Positions 30,465-39,020 of a stretch of DNA of 64,000 nucleotides are shown one piece after another (position 1 is the stretch's first letter; the number at the start of each line of letters is the position of its first letter). The stretch is from Nitrospiraceae bacterium (GTDB lineage Bacteria > Nitrospirota > Nitrospiria > Nitrospirales > Nitrospiraceae). The DNA is taken from assembly GCA_050246315.1 (NCBI GenBank), contig JBFWWG010000006.1, positions 96,001-160,000 of the forward strand, in the 5' to 3' direction. Under the pieces are notes generated by a model. That model saw nothing but the letters and a program-made list of their open reading frames with translations, was not told the origin of the DNA and ran no database searches. A program made the position numbers and the translations under genes.

Positions 30465-31300
30465 TAGAACCTATCTCAAAATGGTTGTGTCGCTAGAGAA
30501 AGTCCCTATAATGCGCCCGCATGTTGCGTCTGCGCGATGACCAATGGGAACGGATTCGGGAGCATGTTCCCGAGGAACATATTCCCGAAAGTCGGCCGGG
30601 CCGCAAGCCGGTGCCGGCCCGCGCCGTGTTGGAAGCCGTCCTGTGGATGCTGAACGGGTGCGCAGTGGCACATGCTGCCGCAGTGCTACCCCAACTACAA
30701 AACGGTGCATCGCCGGTTCCAGCAGTGGTGCGAACGGGAGGTGCGGCGCGAGATGCGCACTCAGTTGGCGAATACGTGGCGCGAGGAAGGGGCCATCGAC
30801 GAGCGCGAGCGCTTCATCGAGGCGACGGTTGCCATGGCCAAGGGCGGCGGCGAAGGCATCGCCCCCACCCGCGGGGGCAAAGGCGTGAAGATCCTCGCGA
30901 TTGTGGATCGTCATGGGCTGCCCCTCTCCGTGAGTACGCACGCCGCGAATCATCATGAGGTCACGCTGGTCCAACTCAGTTTCGACTTCTCCATGCTGGA
31001 GGCGAAGCCCGAGCATCTCATTGGCGATCGGGCATACGATAGCGACCGGCTCGATGACGAGCTCAAGCAAGACGGGATCAACATGATGGCCCCGCACCGA
31101 TCCACCCCCAAACTCAAGACCCAGGACGGTCGCCATCTGCGGCGCTATCAGCGCCGCTGGCTCGTCGAGCGATTCTTTGCCTGGCTGCAATGGAAGCGTC
31201 GGTTACTGGTCCGCTGGGAATATTGCGCGACCAATTTCCTTGGGTTTGTCCAACTCGCATCCATCACGATGCTCCCAAAGCAATTTGGAGATGGGTTCTA
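30465..31300 (+). mobile_element. IS5-family insertion sequence (IS427-like), inactive
   Basis: Ends TAGAACCTATCTCAAAAT / ATTTGGAGATGGGTTCTA (16/18) enclose transposase. Confidence 0.9.
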
Positions 31301-31301
31301 A
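30521..31301 (+). pseudogene. IS5 transposase, frameshifted near 30655
   Basis: D.QW...GR...VLW in one frame, continuing as QWHMLP..YP.YKTVHRRF, GDRAYDS, RRWLVERFFAW in another; FIEAT where FIDAT is expected. Confidence 0.88.
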
Positions 31302-31751
31302 TGAGACCGCTCCAACCACGCCCGACGGCAATTGCAGAGGTTTTTGTCGGTGGTTGCCATTTGTTGGAATTGGAGTCTCACCGTAGCCAAGACTGTATAG
31401 GCTCACCGGAACTGAAGCGAGTGGTCGGATTGATTGCAGACTCAATAGAACGTTGATCAAGGAGATTGGAGCAATTGGGCACACCCTGCTCCTGCTTCGC
31501 TCCCAGGCCGTCGCCACGCTGCAAATCGTGGCTGTATGGCACGTTGCATGAATTCGGAGAAAGTCCTGGATCTCCGCTTGCCCCGAATGATCGAGACATT
31601 GAGGTTGATGAATCCATACGATCCGTCGCCGGTAGCAGGGGTTTTCTAAGCCCCTTCTTCCAAACGATGGGTGGACCAGTGCGCAACCCTGTTGGAAGGC
31701 ACTAATCCCAATCCGTCATAGCCCGCACTGGCGTTCCGACCTCCGACCAAA

Positions 31752-31861
31752 CTAGTGTCCTGACTCCGAAGTTCGCATCATGATCTTGATAGCCAACTGC
31801 TGGATTGATGACAACTTCATCTGCTGGACTTCTTCGACCAGTTTCAGAGACAGGACACTAG
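31752..31861. mobile_element. 110-bp MITE, family C
   Basis: CTAGTGTCCTGACTCCGAA ... TTCAGAGACAGGACACTAG inverted ends (17/19), CTAG at both ends. Confidence 0.8.
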
Positions 31862-31929
31862 CGGTGGCCTCGAATTCGATGCTATGGCTGCGCTTGGCGC
31901 CACGCCCAGACGGATGCTGCCACCTTACG

Positions 31930-32604
31930 TCACCGGCTCAAAACAGTCCCACGAAACATGCCTAGGTCCTGGGGGTTGAGGCGTCTTCGGATCGCCTCCA
32001 TGCTCCTAATCGTGAGTGGATGCACGTGATGGAACTTGACGATGTTGTCGGGGTCGATGACGAACGTGTGACATCGGCTTGGCGTCGCACTCCTCCTGAC
32101 ACCGTAAAGGCGGGACAGCCGCCTCATCGGGTCGATCAACAGTGGAACGGAGATTGGCGCGGAAGGTGCTGCGCAGGATTCGTCTCGAGTCAGTTCGTCC
32201 GGTGCAACCGCGAGGAGCGCGGTTTCTGCCCGCGCGAACAGATGGCCCTGTCGATCTAGCAACATCCGCTCACTCAAACCCATCGAACCGGGAAAGCATA
32301 GGACCACCCACCGGCCTTGATAGTGCGCGGAATGTAGAAAGACCGGTTCGCCGTTGATGACCGCCGTAAGACGAAAATTGGGTGCTGGTTGACCGACGCG
32401 CAAGGGAACCCGTAGGCCTTGACGCTGTGCTCCGGACCCGGACCAGGGCGAGACGGGTGCGGATACCGACTGAAGGCTCTCGACGGCCGGCAGTGTTCGG
32501 CCGCAATTGATACATTTCAATGTTGGCAGACGGGGATACTCCTCGCCACTATAGTCAGGTATCAGTAGACCTCCACATCGGAAACAATGCGTTGACGCAG
32601 TCAT
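31930..32604 (-). CDS. Zn-ribbon fused to AhpC/TSA-fold domain lacking the peroxidatic motif
   Basis: CFRC...CINC; VGQPAPNF, GRWVVL, PLLID...RLYG, TFVIDP; no PxxxTxxC; AAGGAG RBS. Confidence 0.8.
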   Translation of the reverse strand: MTASTHCFRCGGLLIPDYSGEEYPRLPTLKCINCGRTLPAVESLQSVSAPVSPWSGSGAQRQGLRVPLRVGQPAPNFRLTAVINGEPVFLHSAHYQGRWVVLCFPGSMGLSERMLLDRQGHLFARAETALLAVAPDELTRDESCAAPSAPISVPLLIDPMRRLSRLYGVRRSATPSRCHTFVIDPDNIVKFHHVHPLTIRSMEAIRRRLNPQDLGMFRGTVLSR

Positions 32605-32752
32605 ATCACTTTACTCCTTTCTTCCGTACTCTATTTCGTCAGAGGCCAATGAAGAAGAAAGCCCGAGTGTATGCAATACGCTCGGGCTCCGGTCATCGAT
32701 GACTCCGGCCTCTCTGCTACGATCTTCAGACCGGCGCGGCTCCTCATACATT

Positions 32753-32771
32753 GATAATGAGAACTCATATC
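32753..32771. promoter_or_regulatory. Fur-family box
   Basis: GATAATGAGAACTCATATC, 14/19 to GATAATGATAATCATTATC; next to minus-strand TATAAT at 32780-32785. Confidence 0.7.
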
Positions 32772-32825
32772 ATTTAATGATTATAATGATCCAAATGGAA
32801 AAAGTACAGACATTTTCCGATGGAG

Positions 32826-33578
32826 CTAACTGCGGATCCCCGACACGCGGGTCAGTACCATGGCGGTGATGTACATGAGACTGATGCCGAAGAAGATGCC
32901 GGAAGCGACCTGGAGACGTCGCGTCGCCGTGTAGGCGATTGCGGTGAGCGAAAGAATCACGTAGAGCAGCGATCCGGCGGCTATGCTATAGAAGGCGATT
33001 GAGAAATACGACGATAGATCCTGTCCGCTCAGCAGCGTGCCCATACAGGTGGGACCGCCGGCCAAAAGGCCGAGCCACAACACATCGATCCAGTGTATCG
33101 GCGTCTTCCCCGCAGCCCCAACGATCCCGAACCCTTCCGTGCCGTTGTGGAGCGCGAACCCGGTCACGAGCAGCGCGCTCAGGACCCACTCCCCAGCGCC
33201 ATAGCTCGCGCCGATCGCCAAGCCCTCTCCCAAATTGTGAAACCCCATGCCGAGGGCGATCATATAAGGAAGCGAGCACCATCGCCCGGCAGACCCGGTT
33301 CCAAGAATCTGCTTGGATTCCAACGCGACCAGCCCGATCAAGCCAATGCCGAGACTACCCAGAAACACCGCCCACGACAGCCCATCTCGCGCGCCGGTCA
33401 GTTCCACCGCTTCATGCATAAGGTCGAAGAAGAGATACGCCAGAACACCCGTCGCTACACCGATCAAGGCTCCTTCCCAAGTTCGAGGCAAGACCTTACC
33501 GAGCGCCAAGGCGGCGGCGATTCCGAGATACACCGGGATGACGCCGGCGACAAGACCGAGACCGATGAGATCAATCAT
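32826..33578 (-). CDS. ZIP-family (ZupT/GufA) divalent metal transporter
   Basis: GFHNLGEGLAIG and ALHNGTEGFG; multiple TM segments. Confidence 0.9.
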   Translation of the reverse strand: MIDLIGLGLVAGVIPVYLGIAAALALGKVLPRTWEGALIGVATGVLAYLFFDLMHEAVELTGARDGLSWAVFLGSLGIGLIGLVALESKQILGTGSAGRWCSLPYMIALGMGFHNLGEGLAIGASYGAGEWVLSALLVTGFALHNGTEGFGIVGAAGKTPIHWIDVLWLGLLAGGPTCMGTLLSGQDLSSYFSIAFYSIAAGSLLYVILSLTAIAYTATRRLQVASGIFFGISLMYITAMVLTRVSGIRS

Positions 33579-34453
33579 GCACGATCAGCTCCCGCGTTGA
33601 CGAGGCGACCACACCTGACTGTCGTTGATCGACGCACCGCTCCAACCCGCACATGTGACTTCCATGTGGCACAGGACCGAAGGAACGAATTCGGTCGTAC
33701 ACACGATCCGGGTCTCACCAAGCCGAACACCTCGCCATAGTGCATGGGAAGCAGACAGGCCTCGAATGTATCACCCGAAGTCAAGTTCCGCCAGTCACGA
33801 ACACCCAGGACGCCCCCTGTACTGATTGAGCCACATCAAGCTCTTCCCCCTCGTTTCACGCACCTCATCCGGCCGGAGTAGCAGCATTTGAGAAAGGCCG
33901 CCCGACTTGTCATGCTCCCCGAGAACGTTGATGCTCCCGTCCCGAAAAACCTCGTGAGGAAGCGCCACCGCCTTCGTATCGAGCTGCCTGGTGCAGCGGA
34001 GCCTGGGTGCATCGGGCGCAGCTCTTCCTTCCTCGGGAGATCCTTGGATAGAGAAAATGATGCGACCATGGAGACTACCTCCGATGAGAATTCCAGATAG
34101 GCCTCGGTGATCGCGGGAGGTGCCACCACGGGTGCGATATGGAGGACGGGGAGCTTGTTGCTATCGTCATGGCATCGAGCGACGCCCGCGCCTGGTTCCA
34201 GTGAGAACATCTGCCTTAATCCGCCGCGGCTCGTCCACCTGAGAGGCCATCCGGTTCCGATTCGACCCGCGAATCAGCGGAGCTGCACCAGATCGTGAGT
34301 CGGAATCGTATACAACGCGAGAAGCGTGACTCGATATGTCCGAAAGGCCGGATCGCCACCAGACGTCACTCTTCCAGCCGGCCGCTCCTCCCATCGCGTT
34401 GCTCCCAGTGAACCAGCGGGATTCAGCCGCGAGTGATCGATGCGTCAAGTCAG

Positions 34454-34559
34454 CTAGGGAAGGTCTGAATAATTCCCAATTTCGATTGGTAGGTGTACAA
34501 AAGACGGGAAATCTGGCGGATCGCGGCCTAGGATTTTGAATTGATCAGACCTTCCCTAG
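34454..34559. mobile_element. 106-bp IS5-type MITE, family D
   Basis: CTAGGGAAGGTCTGAATAATTC ... GAATTGATCAGACCTTCCCTAG (20/22); resembles IS5 ends GGAAGGTGCGAA with CTAG target. Confidence 0.85.
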
Positions 34560-35419
34560 GAACCGCACATCAATGGCTCTATAAAACACGAGGTGGCTGC
34601 AGTTACGGTCGAAAGAGTCGAACAGCTCACCGATAATGAGGCCCCGGTAGAGACGAGTCTTGAGCCAAGACTTCCGAAGTGCTCCAAGACCATGGGCAAG
34701 CAGACAGTAGGAACCCCGCGATATGGCACCACAAGCTTTTCGCTCGCACCCGGCCGTGAGGCCTCTGCCTCGTTCATCTTGGTGGGCATGGCCTATGGTT
34801 TATACAATCCAAGGTAGCCCGCGGCAGGCCATGGTGACTCCCAACACCTTCAGATGGTAGGAGAGAGGTGAGACAGGTGGAACTCGCTGCTATGCTATTT
34901 GGACTTCTCCTTCTTGTCCTCCCTACATAAATTTGACGTTTCGGAGGGCTGTGCTGCCGGATCGGGCATGAGGTTGTCTCGACTGCTATCCAAGATCGCA
35001 TGGCGAACAGAAGGCCGTCGGCGAGGACCGGAGTTACCTCGCACCGTTCAAGCCGCGCAATGCGCCAGGAGCATCGGTCTCTATAGGTTAGGAAGTTGAA
35101 GCGGAGCACAGGGTAAGAGCCGAGAGACTCAACGGCCAGGTAGAAGTGACTGAGGAAATTTGGCAACCCCAGCGCGATTGCGACGATCCCAAGTTGAACC
35201 TGCTCCGCGTACTCCCTCGTACCTGCAGACGATTGGCCGTGAGGTGTCGGTGTAAGGCCCTTGAAAGCGGCTCCGTCTGCCACCCTTCAATATGGATAGG
35301 GTGAAGGAGGACAGGACGAAGAGCGCAGGCTACCCACTCTTGTCACTCGTCAAATCGGCTGTCCGAAATCGGGACGGCCACGTCACCATCGAGGAGCCCA
35401 CCACTCCTCGCAGGTTCCA

Positions 35420-35590
35420 TCATTGAGGCGAGCGGCCGGTTGCTTTGTCACGGGTCCGTTGTCCTCCGGCAAGATCGAACGCCAACGCTTGGTCTGTCAC
35501 GGCCAGCCTACAGACGGCGCAGGACCAAAACGCTCCGGTAAACACTAAGCTGTGCTGATGGCAAGCGGGGCACGATCGAATTTTCATCAT
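35420..35590 (-). CDS. 56-aa zinc-ribbon protein (not in ORF track)
   Basis: MMKIRSCPACHQHSLVFTGAFWSCAVCRLAVTDQALAFDLAGGQRTRDKATGRSPQ; GAGAGGAG RBS. Confidence 0.75.
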   Translation of the reverse strand: MMKIRSCPACHQHSLVFTGAFWSCAVCRLAVTDQALAFDLAGGQRTRDKATGRSPQ

Positions 35591-35674
35591 GGTCTCCTCT
35601 CGGTAGTTGCACTGAAGGCGCTTGACCGATTGGCCGCTCGTGGATGCCGACGCGACAGTCCAGTGACCAGCATC

Positions 35675-35893
35675 TCAATGACAGGTCGTCCGCTCGTGAT
35701 CAACCACGCGGCTGACCCCGGTTCGGTTGAGGTGGCGGCTGAACACCGCCGCCAAGCCGCACACGTCGCGGGCGAAGGCAGCGAACTCGTTGGGCTCAAA
35801 ATGAACCGTGATCATGCCATAGCGAAAATGCAGCTTGCCACAATCACAGACGGCCAGTGAGGTTCTTCCTTGTTGATGAACGGTGTCTCTCAT
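35675..35893 (-). CDS. 72-aa Cys/His protein (CDCGKLH)
   Basis: GGAAGGAGG RBS; MRDTVHQQGRTSLAVCDCGKLHFRYGMITVHFEPNEF. Confidence 0.75.
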   Translation of the reverse strand: MRDTVHQQGRTSLAVCDCGKLHFRYGMITVHFEPNEFAAFARDVCGLAAVFSRHLNRTGVSRVVDHERTTCH

Positions 35894-35938
35894 TGACGCC
35901 CTCCTTCCATGAATTTCGAACATGGCCCTTCCGAGCAC

Positions 35939-35975
35939 AAAAAAGCCCGAGGACATCGAGGAGTGCCTTGGGTTT
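35939..35975 (-). terminator. Intrinsic terminator-like hairpin
   Basis: Minus strand ACCCAAGGCAC-loop-ATGTCCTCGGGC then T6. Confidence 0.6.
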
Positions 35976-36098
35976 CCTCTGATGCTGTTAACCTCTGGCC
36001 TCTTTATGAATCCTGCTGTCTGTCCGGCACAGAGCTTTCTGCGGACCCGCGTCTCAACGCACGACCAAATGCGAGCCCGCATGGCATATATTGATTTC
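35939..36098 (-). ncRNA. Candidate Fur-controlled sRNA or attenuator leader (~160 nt)
   Basis: Between promoter/Fur box and terminator; 5' hairpin at 36040-36081. Confidence 0.45.
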
Positions 36099-36133
36099 AG
36101 TTCTCAATATCATTATATGCCAACAACTGTCAA
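36092..36133 (-). promoter_or_regulatory. Promoter overlapped by a Fur-family box
   Basis: TTGACA at 36133-36128; box TGATATTGAGAACTGAAATCA (36112-36092), 18/21 to the 32.75 kb box. Confidence 0.7.
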
Positions 36134-36232
36134 CCCCCTTCTCCCCCAGACTCACGTCTTCATGCTTCCAAATGCTCGACCACTATAGAATACAATCAAT
36201 GGCCTCCACCGGGCGCACGCGAGAATGAGTCC

Positions 36233-36631
36233 ATGATCATTGAAGTCGAATCAAGCGACAATTGCGAGACCGCTCTGTTCGTACGATTCAAGGAAGTGAG
36301 CCCGGCGCGTCCGCTGCTCCAGGTGCGGCTCTATGATCGCAATCCGGCCGGTGCGTGGTACTGGGTAGTGGGCTGGAGCGACAACGGTGCGGCGCCGGTC
36401 TGCCCCGCCCATTCCCAGGTGGTGGAAGACTCTGGATCAGGTCTGGCTCATGTCGTCTTCGGAGGGCTCTACGGTCTACGGTTCAAACCTATCGACCTCG
36501 ATGAACCCTGGGATCTGGGAAACCGACATTAGTGGGGAGAAGCCTATCTGTTGCTGGCCAGTGATCGTGATCTACGCTATGCCGATGAGGTGGTTGTAGC
36601 CAAATCCTCTCCGAAGATGCCGTCCAATTGA
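36233..36631 (+). pseudogene. Hypothetical protein interrupted by TAG at 36530
   Basis: Frame continues WGEAYLLLASDRDLRYA after the stop. Confidence 0.55.
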
Positions 36632-36650
36632 ACAGCCGCTTCAACTGAAA

Positions 36651-36908
36651 AGGAGGAATGAAGAATTCGTGAGGTGTTTCTCCGCGGGCGACAATGAGGA
36701 AGGCTGCGCCTGAAGAGGCCGCGGTTCAAGCTTAGGGCAATTCGATGCGGAACAGGCGAATCACTGGAGGTGCTTTTCCGGCGGCGTCAATGAAGAGGGG
36801 CTTCGCCCGATGAGCCGCCGGCTCACACGAAAGGAAGGAATGAAGAACACTGGAGGTATTTCTCGGCGGGCGACAATGAGGAAGGCTGCGCCTGAAGAGC
36901 CCGCCGAT
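36651..36908. repeat. Three tandem copies of a structured ~45-70 bp motif
   Basis: 34-bp identity 36684-36717 = 36866-36899; diverged middle copy 36778-36821. Confidence 0.85.
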
Positions 36909-36924
36909 CAACCAAAGGTTGGTA

Positions 36925-37001
36925 TGGTGCGCCCGGCAGGAATTGAACCTGCGACCTGCGGGTTCGAAGCCCGACGCTCTATCCAACTGAGCTACGGGCG
37001 C
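36925..37001 (-). tRNA. tRNA-Arg (anticodon UCG)
   Basis: GCGCCCG acceptor stem, D arm GCTC/GAGC, loop CTTCGAA, GGTTCAATTCC, encoded CCA; 77 nt. Confidence 0.96.
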
Positions 37002-37122
37002 ACTGAGGCTATTTGAACCACGGGGTGAGCACGCTGTCAAGCTGCGTGTTGCTTCACGAGCGGACGGGCCCGCAGCCGAGCGACGACGTGTCGCAAGATT
37101 GCACGGCGGAGCTATGATACCT

Positions 37123-37653
37123 TCACCGAACCGTCGTACGTTCCGACGCGCTGTGGGCGGCAGCGATCACACGATCCGCGATCTCGGACGGACTCAGTTC
37201 GTCCGTACGGATCTCTTGATCCGCCGCCGCTTGATATTTAGGCAGGCGCTGCCGCAAGACCTCTTCGATCTCTTCTATGAACGATTTGGTGCCGGTGAGC
37301 GAGGGCCGTTGATTATCGCCCTCGATGCGCCGCGCGATGGTCTTGACCTCGGCCGTGAGCCACACCAGTAGGCCGTTGGCTTTCAAGGCCCGCACATTTT
37401 CCTCGCGTAGAATGGCCCCGCCACCGGTGTCGATTACAAGCCGATCCCTGGCTCCGATGTCGCGGCAGACTTCAGACTCCCGATCACGAAATGGTTCCCA
37501 TCCGTATCGTTGAACGAGCTCGGGAATCGTGGCCCCTGCCCGCCTGACGAGCTCGGCATCGGTCGAGACCGCCTCATAGCGCAACCGCTGAGCCACCAGC
37601 TTTGCGACGGTGCTTTTGCCCGTTCCTCTATAGCCGATCAGGACAATGTTCAT
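37123..37653 (-). CDS. aroK: Shikimate kinase
   Basis: GYRGTGKS, FRDRE, TGGG, RPSL. Confidence 0.93.
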   Translation of the reverse strand: MNIVLIGYRGTGKSTVAKLVAQRLRYEAVSTDAELVRRAGATIPELVQRYGWEPFRDRESEVCRDIGARDRLVIDTGGGAILREENVRALKANGLLVWLTAEVKTIARRIEGDNQRPSLTGTKSFIEEIEEVLRQRLPKYQAAADQEIRTDELSPSEIADRVIAAAHSASERTTVR

Positions 37654-37714
37654 CGCACCTCGTGAATTGTGAGGAGTGCGCAGTGAGCGCCTCGGACACT
37701 CTTGGCCGGCCTCC

Positions 37715-38572
37715 TCACGCGAACTTCGATTCGAGGACCTGCCGCATGACCGCCGCAGGCGCCTTCCGCTCCGTCCAGAGTTCGAACTGCTCGACCGCCT
37801 GATTCAAAAACATATCAAGGCCGGGAATGACTCGACAGCCGGCCGCCTTGGCTTCCCGCAGCAACCTGGTCTCTCGCGGATTGTACACGATATCCATCAC
37901 GGTGAGAGCCGGATGCAACAGAGCAGCCGGCACACAGGTCTGCTCGACCTTGGGGGACATCCCTACGGGCGTGCAATGGATCATGACCTGCGCATCCGGC
38001 ATGACCTCGCGCAGATGTGGCTCATCCAGAGATCCGTCCTGGATCTTCGCAGCCGTGGCCGAGGCTAGATCCAAGACTAGCTTCCGCCGCTCTCCCTCAT
38101 CGATGCCCAAAATGGTCAGCCGTTGCACTTCGTTCCGGGTCGCCAATCCGAAGGCAATCGCACGAGCCGCCCCTCCGGAACCGAGCAGGAGCACGTGCCG
38201 GTCCTTGAGCTCGGTGCCTGCTTCCTGCAAGGCTCGCAGTGCGCCGCTCGCGTCGGTGTTGTAGCCGGCGAGCTTGCCGTCGCGAAGGACAATCGTGTTC
38301 ACGGCCCCAATGTGGCGAGCCGTCCCGTCTACCTCGTCCAGATGCGCCATCACGGAGACCTTATGGGGAATGGTCACGCTGAAGCCACCCGCGTTACCGA
38401 GCGATCTGATGCCGCGGACTGCGTCGTCGATCCGCTCGACCCGGAAGGCCAGATAGACGTAATTCAATCCACATTCCCGAAACGCGGCGTTATGGATACT
38501 GGGCGACAGAGAATGTTCGACGGGGTTGCCGATCACTCCGCACCACTTCGTGTGAGCGTTGATCTCCATCAC
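37715..38572 (-). CDS. aroE: Shikimate dehydrogenase
   Basis: HSLSP, VTIPHK, GAVNT, NTD, GSGGAARA, DIVYNP, QA..QF. Confidence 0.95.
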   Translation of the reverse strand: MMEINAHTKWCGVIGNPVEHSLSPSIHNAAFRECGLNYVYLAFRVERIDDAVRGIRSLGNAGGFSVTIPHKVSVMAHLDEVDGTARHIGAVNTIVLRDGKLAGYNTDASGALRALQEAGTELKDRHVLLLGSGGAARAIAFGLATRNEVQRLTILGIDEGERRKLVLDLASATAAKIQDGSLDEPHLREVMPDAQVMIHCTPVGMSPKVEQTCVPAALLHPALTVMDIVYNPRETRLLREAKAAGCRVIPGLDMFLNQAVEQFELWTERKAPAAVMRQVLESKFA

Positions 38573-38625
38573 TCATCCGCCTCCGTCATCTCTCTGCGCC
38601 AAGCGCGACAGCCGGTCGGTTCCAC

Positions 38626-38988
38626 TCACTTGGCCTTCTTCGCCACAACTTGGGCTTGGTACTGGCTTCCGACCACTTTGTAGAACACCGTCACCGCCTC
38701 ACCTTTCTTGAGATCGTTCACGCTCTTCAACCCTTCACCCTTGAATTGGGTTTGATCGTTGGTGACAAAGGTGAAGCGGGTACCGCCTCCGTCCTTCAGC
38801 ACGACAAATTTCTTCGCTCCGGCATCCACGGAGAGCACCGCACCGGCAAACTCAGCACTCTGTTGGGCCACGGCTTGGATCGGCACTACGAGCCAGACGG
38901 TCAGAGCGAGACAGATCAATTGCAGCCTCGTCGCCCTCGCCCCCAATTTGCTGGATTGCTGACTGGATTGTTTCGCGCCCAACTCCAT
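38626..38988 (-). CDS. Small exported OB-fold-like protein (DUF5666-like)
   Basis: Signal peptide; G.V.SVD...T.F...DLK.G..V.V.Y pattern. Confidence 0.65.
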   Translation of the reverse strand: MELGAKQSSQQSSKLGARATRLQLICLALTVWLVVPIQAVAQQSAEFAGAVLSVDAGAKKFVVLKDGGGTRFTFVTNDQTQFKGEGLKSVNDLKKGEAVTVFYKVVGSQYQAQVVAKKAK

Positions 38989-39020
38989 AGAGCACCTCAC
39001 CAGCCATGTGATCGATACCC

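Noticed and set aside
30521..31301. Programmed frameshift in the IS5 transposase
   Set aside because: No slippery A-run at the shift and the first catalytic Asp also appears changed; decay is more likely.
33860..33960. yybP-ykoY (Mn) riboswitch near the ZIP gene (GGAGTAGC)
   Set aside because: Wrong strand for the ZIP gene and the remaining consensus is missing.
33580..35410. ORF-track ORFs between ZIP and the microproteins
   Set aside because: No recognisable motifs in any frame I read; probably decayed DNA, left uncalled.
36651..36908. CRISPR array
   Set aside because: Only three units, the middle one diverged, intervening sequences partly homologous, and no cas genes in the window.
36682..36908. 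Hammerhead or HDV/theta ribozyme (CTGAAGA core-like word; tRNA 3' location)
   Set aside because: GAAA is GACA/GTCA with no stem III or UH site; the HDV P3/P2 pairings are not preserved across copies.
13640..37001. Integrase-mobilised island at tRNA-Arg
   Set aside because: No integrase and no duplicated tRNA 3' end found by eye; only called an accessory region.
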